A DNA stretch of 64,000 nt from an uncultured Clostridiaceae bacterium (lineage in GTDB: Bacteria; Bacillota_I; Bacilli_A; RFN20; CAG-288), in the NCBI GenBank assembly GCA_964427595.1, contig CAYRUQ010000001.1, positions 4,690 to 68,689 of the forward strand, given 5' to 3'. The position numbers were made by a program, and so were the translations under genes. The notes beneath the pieces are model-generated. The model was given only the letters and a program-made list of their open reading frames with translations, had not been told where the DNA came from and searched no databases. Every line of letters starts with the position of its first letter. The first letter of the stretch is position 1. Shown here piece after piece: positions 47,027 through 55,049 of this stretch.

Positions 47027-48757
47027 ATGAGCAAAGAATATAACGAAACGATTCTTTCGGTCAAAAATCTGAAGATTTCCTTCAAGACAGATGAAGGCAT
47101 CCTTCATGCTGTCCGTGGAGTTTCCTATGACCTTCATAAGGGAGAGACTCTCTGTATCGTCGGTGAATCCGGTTCTGGTAAGTCTGTCTCTTCCAAAGCA
47201 GTTATGGGCATCCTACCGGCTAACGCTATCATCGAATCAGGTCAGATTCTTTATGAAGGACAGGATTTAACTAAGGTCGGTGAAGAAGAATTCCATCGTA
47301 TCCGTGGCAAGAAGATCGGCATGATCTTCCAAGACCCTCTCTCTTCTTTAAATCCGATCATGAAGGTCGGAAAACAGATCACCGAAGCGATGCTCATCAA
47401 CAAGAATCGCTTGAAGACTCGCTATGACTCTTTGATCGCTAAAGAACAAGCTGAGTACAACAACGCAGTCGTCGTCATGAAAGAGAAGATCAAGCTCGCT
47501 AAACACAAGCTTGAAACTATCGAATCAGAAGCTCAAGAGAAAATCAATGTGATCGAGACTGATCTCACCAGCAAGGAACACAAGATCTTAGCGATGGATA
47601 AACATGATCCTGAACTCTATAAGAAGGCTGAACAATACGAAGTCGATAGAAAACAAGCCAAAGAAGAGATCAAGAAAATCAGAAAAGACTGCAAAGAGAA
47701 TCTCAAAGCAACTAAAGTAGCAGCTAAGACTGCTATCAAAGAAGCCAAAGCTGAGTTTAAGGATGTCAAACCTGGTCTTAAAAAGAACTTAAAAGACGCT
47801 AAGAAGAGGGCTTTACAAGACAACAAGACTTACGAAAGAGAAGAAAAACAGAAAGATAAAGAGACTCTTCTCAACTTCGATAAAGAGACCTTAAAGACTA
47901 TCGAGGATAAGAGCAAAGAGCTCTCTCTCTTAAGAGAGAAACTCTCAAAGGCCCCCAGTCTTGCTAACGCTAAAAAAGAGATTGCTGATAAAGAGAAAGA
48001 ACTTGATAACTATAAGAAAGAACGTCAGTTAGAGAGAAGCAGACTCGCTGATTCTTTACATAGCAAATACAAGATCACTCGCAAGGAAGCTAAAGCAAAA
48101 GCTTTAGAAGTCATGAGAGAAGTTGGTATTCCTCAACCTGAAATTCGTTATAAGCAATATCCGTTTGAATTCTCTGGCGGTATGAGACAGAGAATCGTCA
48201 TCGCTATCGCTTTGACTGCCGACCCGGAGGTCCTCATCTGTGATGAACCGACCACCGCATTAGATGTCACCATCCAAGCTCAGATTTTAGAGCTTATCAA
48301 TCGTCTTAAAGATGAGAGAAACATGTCGATCATCTTCATCACTCACGATTTGGGGGTCGTCGCTAATATGGCTGATAGAGTCGCTGTCATGTATGCTGGT
48401 AAAATCATCGAAGTTGGCACTGCCGAAGAGATCTTCTACGATCCTAGACATCCTTATACATGGGCGCTTCTCTCCTCTATTCCTGATATCGATTCCAAAG
48501 AGAAATTAGAGGCGATTCCTGGCACTCCTCCTTACCTTTTAAACCCGCCCAAAGGCGATGCATTTGCACCGAGAAACAAGTATGCTTTAGCTATCGACTA
48601 CAAAGAAGAACCTCCTTACTTCCAAATCTCTGAGACTCACTATGCAGCCACTTGGTTATTAGATAAGAGAGCTCCCGAGACTAAGCCTCCTAAGATCGTC
48701 ACTCAACGTATCAAGATCTCTTTAGAAAGAGCAGGTATCCACAATGAAGAAGAATGA
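47027..48757 (+). CDS. oppD: Oligopeptide ABC transporter ATPase with a K/E-rich insertion of about 220 aa
   Basis: 576 aa. Walker A GESGSGKS, Q-loop MIFQDP, signature FSGGMRQR, Walker B LICDEPTTALD, H-loop ITHDL. The insertion lies between the Q-loop region and the signature motif. Confidence 0.9.
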   Translation: MSKEYNETILSVKNLKISFKTDEGILHAVRGVSYDLHKGETLCIVGESGSGKSVSSKAVMGILPANAIIESGQILYEGQDLTKVGEEEFHRIRGKKIGMIFQDPLSSLNPIMKVGKQITEAMLINKNRLKTRYDSLIAKEQAEYNNAVVVMKEKIKLAKHKLETIESEAQEKINVIETDLTSKEHKILAMDKHDPELYKKAEQYEVDRKQAKEEIKKIRKDCKENLKATKVAAKTAIKEAKAEFKDVKPGLKKNLKDAKKRALQDNKTYEREEKQKDKETLLNFDKETLKTIEDKSKELSLLREKLSKAPSLANAKKEIADKEKELDNYKKERQLERSRLADSLHSKYKITRKEAKAKALEVMREVGIPQPEIRYKQYPFEFSGGMRQRIVIAIALTADPEVLICDEPTTALDVTIQAQILELINRLKDERNMSIIFITHDLGVVANMADRVAVMYAGKIIEVGTAEEIFYDPRHPYTWALLSSIPDIDSKEKLEAIPGTPPYLLNPPKGDAFAPRNKYALAIDYKEEPPYFQISETHYAATWLLDKRAPETKPPKIVTQRIKISLERAGIHNEEE

Positions 48758-50087
48758 AAATAGCACGCTAGAAAAAGAAAAAAGATCACCGCTAGAGGCT
48801 ATTCTTCTCAACAAGCTCTCTTCGGTGATGGATGTCATTGGTGTCTCTTTTAAAAAGGAGTTAGCTTTAAACGACAACATCTTATCGGTTAGACATCTCA
48901 AGATGTTCTTCTCGATGGGTGCAGGAAAGAAGCTCAAAGCTGTTCATGATGTCTCTTTTGATGTCAAAAAAGGAGAATGCTTCGGATTAGTCGGTGAATC
49001 TGGTTGTGGTAAAACCACGACCGGAAGAAGCATCATCCGTCTTTATCACATCACCTCTGGTTCCGTCTATTTCAAAGGCTATCGTATCAATGCGGGAAGT
49101 CGTTGGAACGAGAAGGAGATCAAGTGGTCGAAGATCAAAGGATACAATCGTATCAAAGAGCTCGAACAAGAGAGAAAAGCTGAGATCGCAGAGATGGATA
49201 CGTCTTCTCTTGAGGGTAAAGAATTGATCGCTAAAGTCAATCAAAGATACGAAGATGAGAAACAAGCAATTCTCACTCATATCAAAGAGACGAGAGAAGA
49301 ACAAACTTATAAGATCGCTAAGATCAAGTATGATAACGCTCATGTCGATCCTGAGCTTTTGACGAAGATGCAGATGATCTTCCAAGATCCTATCGATTCT
49401 CTTGATCCGAGAATGACGGTCGAAGACATCATTCAAGAAGGTTTGAAGATTCAAGGCTATAGAAACAAAGCTGAGAATCATCAGAAAGCGGTCGAGGTCT
49501 TAGAGGAAGTCGGTTTGATTTCTGATTATCTCTCTCGTTATCCTCATGAGTTCTCAGGTGGACAGAGACAGAGAATCGGTATCGCCCGTGCTCTTATCAT
49601 GAATCCGGAATTCTTGATTTGTGATGAACCCATCTCCGCTTTGGATGTCTCAATCAGAGCCCAGATCATCAACCTTCTCAATCGTTTGAAAGAAGAAAGA
49701 GGACTCACTATTCTCTTCATCGCTCACGATTTATCAGTCGTCAAGTATTTCTGCGACAGAATCGCTGTCATGTATGCGGGTGAGATGGTTGAACTCGCTG
49801 ATTCAGATGAGCTCTTCCGCCATCCTCTCCACCCTTATACAAGAGCCCTTCTCTCCGCTATTCCTAAACCTGATCCTTTAAGTGAAAAGAAGAGAAAGAG
49901 AATCATCTATAACCCTGCTTTAGAACACGATTACTCAGTTGATAAACCTTCCTTCCGTGAGATATTACCGGGTCACTTCGTCTTAGCTTCTGATCCTGAA
50001 ATTGAGAAATACAAGGAATTGATGAAGCAAGAAGACATCGAAAACACCCGTAAAGAAGAAGAGGAAAGACGTTTCTTAGAAGAGTGA
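48744..50087 (+). CDS. oppF: Oligopeptide ABC transporter ATPase with N-terminal extension and an insertion of about 80 aa
   Basis: 447 aa. Walker A GESGCGKTT, MIFQDP, FSGGQRQR, LICDEPISALD, IAHDL. The charged insert lies between Walker A and the Q-loop. Confidence 0.9.
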   Translation: MKKNENSTLEKEKRSPLEAILLNKLSSVMDVIGVSFKKELALNDNILSVRHLKMFFSMGAGKKLKAVHDVSFDVKKGECFGLVGESGCGKTTTGRSIIRLYHITSGSVYFKGYRINAGSRWNEKEIKWSKIKGYNRIKELEQERKAEIAEMDTSSLEGKELIAKVNQRYEDEKQAILTHIKETREEQTYKIAKIKYDNAHVDPELLTKMQMIFQDPIDSLDPRMTVEDIIQEGLKIQGYRNKAENHQKAVEVLEEVGLISDYLSRYPHEFSGGQRQRIGIARALIMNPEFLICDEPISALDVSIRAQIINLLNRLKEERGLTILFIAHDLSVVKYFCDRIAVMYAGEMVELADSDELFRHPLHPYTRALLSAIPKPDPLSEKKRKRIIYNPALEHDYSVDKPSFREILPGHFVLASDPEIEKYKELMKQEDIENTRKEEEERRFLEE

Positions 50088-50093
50088 CAAACC

Positions 50094-50126
50094 ACTGCCT
50101 GCCTGATTCAAGCAGGCAGTTTTTTA
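50094..50126 (+). terminator. Rho-independent terminator of the opp operon
   Basis: ACTGCCTGC-ctgattcaa-GCAGGCAGT followed by TTTTT. Confidence 0.85.
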
Positions 50127-50397
50127 TTAGAAAAAGACGTCTTTGTACCAGTCAAAACTTTGTGGAAGAAAAGACATATTTATTACAAATCATATCTTGG
50201 AAGAGCTTTCATTTAAGAGAATAGATATAAAATTTAAAAGGTTTTATACCGAAAAAACATCGATAAAATCGGCATTTTCAAGAATTTTGTTCTTTTGGGA
50301 ATAATAAATAATTAAACTCTTCTTTTTGAAACACTTAGTTCAGTTTGATTTTTAATATATACACTTTCTTGATTAATTTAAGGAGGGTTATTGATCA

Positions 50398-52476
50398 ATG
50401 AAAAAATTCGTTTTAGGCATATCCGCTCTAGCTTTATTAGCAGGGTCATTCGGACTTGCTTCTTGTTCCGGTGGAACTTCCTCAGATACAAGCTCAGTCG
50501 GCACTGATACTTCCAGTGTCACTGATTCATCTGTCGTTGAGTCTTCATCTTCTTCTAGTTCCAGTAGTACCACATCTAGTGGAACCATCTCTTTAAACTC
50601 CTCTTCTTCTTTAACTTTAGAAGTCGGTGGCACTTATACTTTGAGAGCTACCATCAGTGGTGATTTTTCTGATTTCACTTCTACTTTCACCTGTGATAAT
50701 GAAGATGTCATCGAGATGCCTTCTAGAACTGAAGGTGTTTCAAGCTGTCGTATCACCGCTGTCGGTGTCGGTACTGCTACCATCACTGTCACAGCTACTG
50801 CAGATCCTACTCTCACAACCACTTGTGTGGTCACCGTCGAAGAAGCTAAACCTACTCCTGATGCTCTCTTTGAGAGTGTAAATGCAGTCAGAAACTACAC
50901 CTTAACTGCCGAAGTCACTTATGGTGGCCAGTATCTTGTTACTGAATACACTTATTTAACCGAAGATTTCCTTGTTCAGTACGACGATTATAACGGCGAT
51001 AGCGAGGGTGGTTACTATCCCTTATGGAATTCTTCAACTAACTCTGGCTCCGTCATGTTAGGTATGTTTATCGATGATAATGATTATGCCACTTACCTTG
51101 AGTATGCTACTACTGGTGAGACTGACGAAAACGACACCTTGATTTTGGGAAATCAAACCTATAGCGGCATGATCGAATCTCAACTTGGTGGATTCTTAAC
51201 TGCTCAAAACTTCGATGGTTTAGGTTTGACTAACATGTCACCTTACTATGCTGACCTTTACTTCTCTTCACTCTCCGCTATCGATACTTCTTGGTTACCT
51301 TCTGATAAAGAGAGTGATAACGTTTATGATCTCAACTACTCCTCTTCTGATTCTGATTATTCATTAGGTTATGTTGAGTATTTGCTCTTAAAGGCATTTG
51401 CACCTTCTATTCACAATGCAGTTATCTCTTCTGTCGCTACCGGCGGTTATTACTACTTCTATGATATCGCTCTTGCTGTTGACACCACTCTCACCATCAC
51501 CGATACTCTTGATTTCGTCGTCACCTTCACTTGGGGAGACTACACAATTAATTGCACCATCTCTAATATCGGAACCACCACTGCTGCTGATGTTGACTAT
51601 CTTCCTAACTTAGCTTCAGATATAACTGGTTATACAGCTACTAGACCTGATTTGAATTCTGAACTTGCTGATATGAAGGCCGCCTTTGAAGGAAATGACT
51701 ATGTCCACATCACTACTTCTTACTTCAATAACACTGCATATTATTACTATATCTACTACACCGCAGATTACTTCTTCGCTTACTATCCTCAAGAATGGGT
51801 TGACGCTTATAACTCCTATTATGGCAGTTATTATGGATATATCGATGAGCCTTACGGCTTAGGTCTTTACCTTGATGACGGAGATGTCTTCTTCTTTGAA
51901 GCAGAAATTGAAAATGGAAGCCTAACTAATATTGTGACTGAAAAACTCACGGGCAATTATGTTTTTGGCACTGTCACAGATCTCGCTGATCTTGATATCT
52001 ATACATTACTCGGCTATGCAAATTACTATACCAACACTTCTGCTGGTTTAGATGAAGACTACTTCTATTACTTCAGCTCTACCACCAGTCAAATTTGGTC
52101 TAGCGATACCACCACTTATCACACCAGTTATAATGTCGAGGCCAACCGTTTATCCATGGATCTTGTTTGGGGTTATGATATCCAAGGTGTTGAAGATGAC
52201 GATATCACCATCACCGGTATCAGATGTGATTATTCATCCGGTGCTATTAGCACTATCGAATACTCCTTTGGTTGGTATGCTTATACGATGAATGGTAACG
52301 ATTACTATTCTGTCTCTTCCACTTCATATACCGACTTCGGTAATGCTGATGAAGCTAACCTCTTCTCCGATGATATCTACAATCTCATTGGAGATGATGC
52401 TGGTGCAGCTAACGATAACGAAGCTGATTCCTTTTCAATCGGTATCAACAACGCTTACATCGGTCTTATCTATTGA
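50398..52476 (+). CDS. Surface lipoprotein with Big_2 Ig-like domain; paralogue of 53103-55049
   Basis: 692 aa. Lipobox LASC, a Ser-rich linker and Big_2 (ITAVGVGTATITVTATAD), then a Tyr/Asp-rich domain. AAGGAGGG RBS. Confidence 0.75.
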   Translation: MKKFVLGISALALLAGSFGLASCSGGTSSDTSSVGTDTSSVTDSSVVESSSSSSSSSTTSSGTISLNSSSSLTLEVGGTYTLRATISGDFSDFTSTFTCDNEDVIEMPSRTEGVSSCRITAVGVGTATITVTATADPTLTTTCVVTVEEAKPTPDALFESVNAVRNYTLTAEVTYGGQYLVTEYTYLTEDFLVQYDDYNGDSEGGYYPLWNSSTNSGSVMLGMFIDDNDYATYLEYATTGETDENDTLILGNQTYSGMIESQLGGFLTAQNFDGLGLTNMSPYYADLYFSSLSAIDTSWLPSDKESDNVYDLNYSSSDSDYSLGYVEYLLLKAFAPSIHNAVISSVATGGYYYFYDIALAVDTTLTITDTLDFVVTFTWGDYTINCTISNIGTTTAADVDYLPNLASDITGYTATRPDLNSELADMKAAFEGNDYVHITTSYFNNTAYYYYIYYTADYFFAYYPQEWVDAYNSYYGSYYGYIDEPYGLGLYLDDGDVFFFEAEIENGSLTNIVTEKLTGNYVFGTVTDLADLDIYTLLGYANYYTNTSAGLDEDYFYYFSSTTSQIWSSDTTTYHTSYNVEANRLSMDLVWGYDIQGVEDDDITITGIRCDYSSGAISTIEYSFGWYAYTMNGNDYYSVSSTSYTDFGNADEANLFSDDIYNLIGDDAGAANDNEADSFSIGINNAYIGLIY

Positions 52477-52534
52477 TATAAAATCCTCCTTTTAAGAAAG
52501 GTCGCCTAAAAAGTGGCCTTTTCTTTTACATAAA

Positions 52535-52556
52535 AAAAGGGGCTGTTGCAAAACTA
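52535..52556. repeat. Left arm of a perfect 22-bp inverted repeat (AAAAGGGGCTGTTGCAAAACTA)
   Basis: Exact reverse complement of 53066-53087, checked base by base. Also forms the 5' half of a hairpin with GCAACAGCTC at 52585-52594, followed by TTTTT. Confidence 0.9.
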
Positions 52557-52614
52557 AGGTAGCTCTACCGTTCGAAAAAGTTGAGCAACAGCTCTTTTTA
52601 TTTGCATTCTGGAG

Positions 52615-52640
52615 GTTTTGCAACAAGCTGCGCTTGTTGA
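52615..52640. repeat. Hairpin repeat copy A (GTTTTGCAACAAGCtgcGCTTGTTGA)
   Basis: 24 of 26 nt identical to 52782-52807. 8-bp stem with a 3-nt loop. Both differences fall in the loop. Confidence 0.9.
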
Positions 52641-52781
52641 AGAAATTTCATGGCATAAAAAACGGACGAAAATGGGAGGGTGTGACCTGTTTTCATAAAA
52701 GGTAGATTTTCCCCTACTCCTCATACCCGTAGGAAGTACGTTTTTATGCTATTTTTATCAACATTTTCTAGAAATGATTAA

Positions 52782-52807
52782 GTTTTGCAACAAGCTTAGC
52801 TTGTTGA
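52782..52807. repeat. Hairpin repeat copy B (GTTTTGCAACAAGCttaGCTTGTTGA)
   Basis: Direct repeat of copy A, 167 nt downstream. Shares the 11-mer GTTTTGCAACA with both arms of the 22-bp inverted repeat. Confidence 0.9.
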
Positions 52808-52820
52808 GATAGTCTGTTCT

Positions 52821-52849
52821 AATAAAAAGGCCGGAAAAGAGATTCCGGC
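52821..52849 (-). terminator. Orphan rho-independent terminator on the minus strand
   Basis: The minus strand reads GCCGGAA-tctcttt-TTCCGGC followed by CTTTTTATT. It lies 200 nt beyond the terminator of the upstream minus-strand gene. Confidence 0.6.
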
Positions 52850-52888
52850 ACTCTGTGGTAAGATTTCTTTGACTAGGAGAAACTTGCC

Positions 52889-52990
52889 ATGGCTTATTTT
52901 AGCATACGACAAGAATTTCTTTTTCTCTCCTTTAATTTATCGGAGAAAGATAAGAATTTTTTGTATCAGTTTTGTAAGCGTCAAAAATAA
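52889..52990 (+). CDS. Candidate 33-aa small ORF (MAYFSIRQEFLFLSFNLSEKDKNFLYQFCKRQK)
   Basis: AGGAG sits 9 nt upstream of the ATG. An extended -10-like TGGTAAGAT lies at 52856-52864. No homology evidence. Confidence 0.15.
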   Translation: MAYFSIRQEFLFLSFNLSEKDKNFLYQFCKRQK

Positions 52991-53042
52991 AGCGTCTTAA
53001 CCCAAGAGAAAATCAGAAGGTTAAAAGAAGAAAAAGCAAATG

Positions 53043-53083
53043 AAAAAAGGGCGATTGCATCACCATAGTTTTGCAACAGCCCC
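53043..53083 (-). terminator. Rho-independent terminator of the 648-aa lipoprotein gene
   Basis: The minus strand reads GGGGCTGTTGCA-aaactatggtga-TGCAATCGCCC followed by TTTTTT. Contains the right arm of the 22-bp inverted repeat (53066-53087). Confidence 0.7.
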
Positions 53084-53102
53084 TTTTCTAATGAAGAGTT
53101 AA

Positions 53103-55049
53103 TTAGTCAGCTAAGCTTTCTATCAAGGAAGTTAAAGTGGAATCAAAGGAGTTATCTTCAGCGTTACCGAAGTTTTTGTATTTGCCATTAGAGACATAAT
53201 AACCACCGCTTGCAACACCAAAACCAAAGGTGAGGTTGATATTAGTGACAGCAGCTGTTTGAGTATCATACTCAGCTCCGATACCAGTGATGACATCGAC
53301 ATAATCATCAGGATCGGCGATAGGCTCTCCCCAGACGAGAAGTTGAGCAGCAGAGTTGACGCTTGCAGAATAAGAGACATGATAGTAAGTGTCATCATTA
53401 GTCCAGATTAGAGTTGTATTGCTAGAGAAGTTATAGAAGAAGGCGTTATCTTCACTATAGAGATCGGTATGAGTGAAATAATTAGCTCCGAAGATAGTAC
53501 TGCTACTTATTGTGATTCTAGTGAGATCAACATCTTGGATGGTATCACCTTCTTCAAGAGGATAGTTGATTGAAGAGGGAGTGTCGAACTCATCACCTTC
53601 AAAGTAAGTTGAATAAAGAGTGCCATTAGCGACGAATAAAGCGAGACCGAAAGGAGAGATTGATTCACCATATAAAGAATTGTATGTATCTACATAATCT
53701 TGTCCGTAGTACATAACGACATAGTCATCAGCATAATAAGTCTCATAGTAAGTCTCTATATATGAAGAGCTGTAAAAATAAACGATGTTTTCTTGAACGT
53801 AGTTATCGGATTTGAAAGCGTCAGCGATGCGTTGTAAGTTTCTGCTTAATTCAGGAAGAGTAGCTGTGACACCAGCGATATCACTTGCAAGAGTGGGAAT
53901 TAAAGAAACATCTGCTAAAGAAGTTGAACCGACATTGGAGATAGTTCCAATGATAGTGACGCTTCCGAAGGTGATAGTGACTTCAAAAGAATCAGAAGAG
54001 ATGACTTCTATAGTAGTATCAATAGCTTCAGCAACATCATAGAGATAGTAAGTTCCATTAGTAGCAACAGAAGAGATGACATCTTGAAGGATATCATTAG
54101 CAAAGACTTTTAAAAGTCCGTATTCAACATGAGTTGAGTAGATGTCATTAGAAGTACCGACGATCTCATAAGTGTTGTCTCTCTCTTTTTCGTCAGGGAA
54201 GTAAGAAGCATCAATACAAGATAAGGAGGAATATAGATAGTTAGAATCAGCAGGACGAGAGACACCTTTACCATCGAAGTTATCGGCAGTTAAGAAGCCA
54301 CCGTTATCAGAGATGATTCTTCCTGGTTGGATGAAATCGCCCATGACGAGATTACCTTGGCTATCGATAGAGGTCTCATAACTGATATAAGCAGCATAGC
54401 CATCTTCATCAACAAAGAGACCGATAGAGCTTGCTGTGTCAAGGGTGTTGCCGTCTTCATCAAAACCAACCCACATAGGAGAGAAGAAAGTTTCATCTTC
54501 ATCAGCAACATATTGAACCAAAGCTTCGTCAGTTAAATAAGTCTTCCACTTATAAGTTCCTTCATTAGTAGTGACAGTTGAAGTTAAAGTGTAGTTTCTG
54601 ATGTTGTTTAAATTTTCAAATAAAGCAGCTGGAGTCGGTCTAGCTTCTGTGATAGTGACTGTACAAGTAGCAGTGACATTAGGATTAGCGACACAAGTAG
54701 CAGTCACAGTAGTAGTACCAGCCTTTAAACCAGTGATGGTGGTGCTAGTAGCAGGGCCAGTAGTTGATAAAGAGGCGACAGATGAATCAGCAACAGAGAA
54801 TGTGACAGTTAAATCTTCAGCTTTACCAACAACAGTTGCTCTGAGAGTATAGGTGTCACCAGCATCCATACTGACAGAAGTACGGTTTAAAGAGATGACG
54901 AGATCAGGAAGAACTTCTATAACAGATGACGAAATAGAACTCTCTAGAGTAGAGCTATCCGGAGTTGAAGAAGAAGTTTCAGAAGTGCAAGAGAACAATC
55001 CGCCTAACAAGACGAGAGTGGAAAGTCCAAGTAAAAACTTACTTTTCAT
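53103..55049 (-). CDS. Surface lipoprotein with Big_2 Ig-like domain; paralogue of 50398-52476
   Basis: 648 aa. Lipobox LFSC. Big_2 (ITGLKAGTTTVTATCVAN). ARPTPAALFENLNNIRNYTLTSTVT aligns with AKPTPDALFESVNAVRNYTLTAEVT in the paralogue. Confidence 0.75.
   Translation of the reverse strand: MKSKFLLGLSTLVLLGGLFSCTSETSSSTPDSSTLESSISSSVIEVLPDLVISLNRTSVSMDAGDTYTLRATVVGKAEDLTVTFSVADSSVASLSTTGPATSTTITGLKAGTTTVTATCVANPNVTATCTVTITEARPTPAALFENLNNIRNYTLTSTVTTNEGTYKWKTYLTDEALVQYVADEDETFFSPMWVGFDEDGNTLDTASSIGLFVDEDGYAAYISYETSIDSQGNLVMGDFIQPGRIISDNGGFLTADNFDGKGVSRPADSNYLYSSLSCIDASYFPDEKERDNTYEIVGTSNDIYSTHVEYGLLKVFANDILQDVISSVATNGTYYLYDVAEAIDTTIEVISSDSFEVTITFGSVTIIGTISNVGSTSLADVSLIPTLASDIAGVTATLPELSRNLQRIADAFKSDNYVQENIVYFYSSSYIETYYETYYADDYVVMYYGQDYVDTYNSLYGESISPFGLALFVANGTLYSTYFEGDEFDTPSSINYPLEEGDTIQDVDLTRITISSSTIFGANYFTHTDLYSEDNAFFYNFSSNTTLIWTNDDTYYHVSYSASVNSAAQLLVWGEPIADPDDYVDVITGIGAEYDTQTAAVTNINLTFGFGVASGGYYVSNGKYKNFGNAEDNSFDSTLTSLIESLAD

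Noticed and set aside
48987-49481. 164-aa ORF antisense to oppF
   Set aside because: It overlaps the conserved Walker A to Q-loop region of oppF on the opposite strand and has no start-site signals. It is a shadow ORF.
52539-52600. tRNA-like fragment (GGTAGCTCTACC stem and GTTCGAA T-loop-like sequence)
   Set aside because: I could not fold a cloverleaf: there is no acceptor stem/anticodon arm geometry and no conserved D-loop. It is better explained as a long terminator-like hairpin (GGGGCTGTTGC...GCAACAGCTC followed by TTTTT).
52598-52651. 17-aa minus-strand mini-ORF MKFLQQAQLVAKPPECK overlapping hairpin copy A, with QQAKLVAK also encoded at copy B
   Set aside because: It has no Shine-Dalgarno sequence (the upstream sequence is CCCTCCC). 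Copy B lacks a start codon. The shared peptide is simply the translation of the conserved hairpin.
52615-52807. CRISPR-like reading of the two 26-nt GTTTTGCAAC... direct repeats
   Set aside because: There are only two direct copies, 167 nt apart, which is far beyond normal spacer length. The other two copies are truncated and one is inverted. There are no cas genes. This is not a CRISPR array.
52535-53087. Invertible DNA switch bounded by the 22-bp inverted repeat
   Set aside because: The segment lies downstream of both flanking genes, which are convergent, so inverting it would not swap a promoter. No recombinase gene is in the window. The idea is kept only as something long reads could test, within the repeat-family finding.
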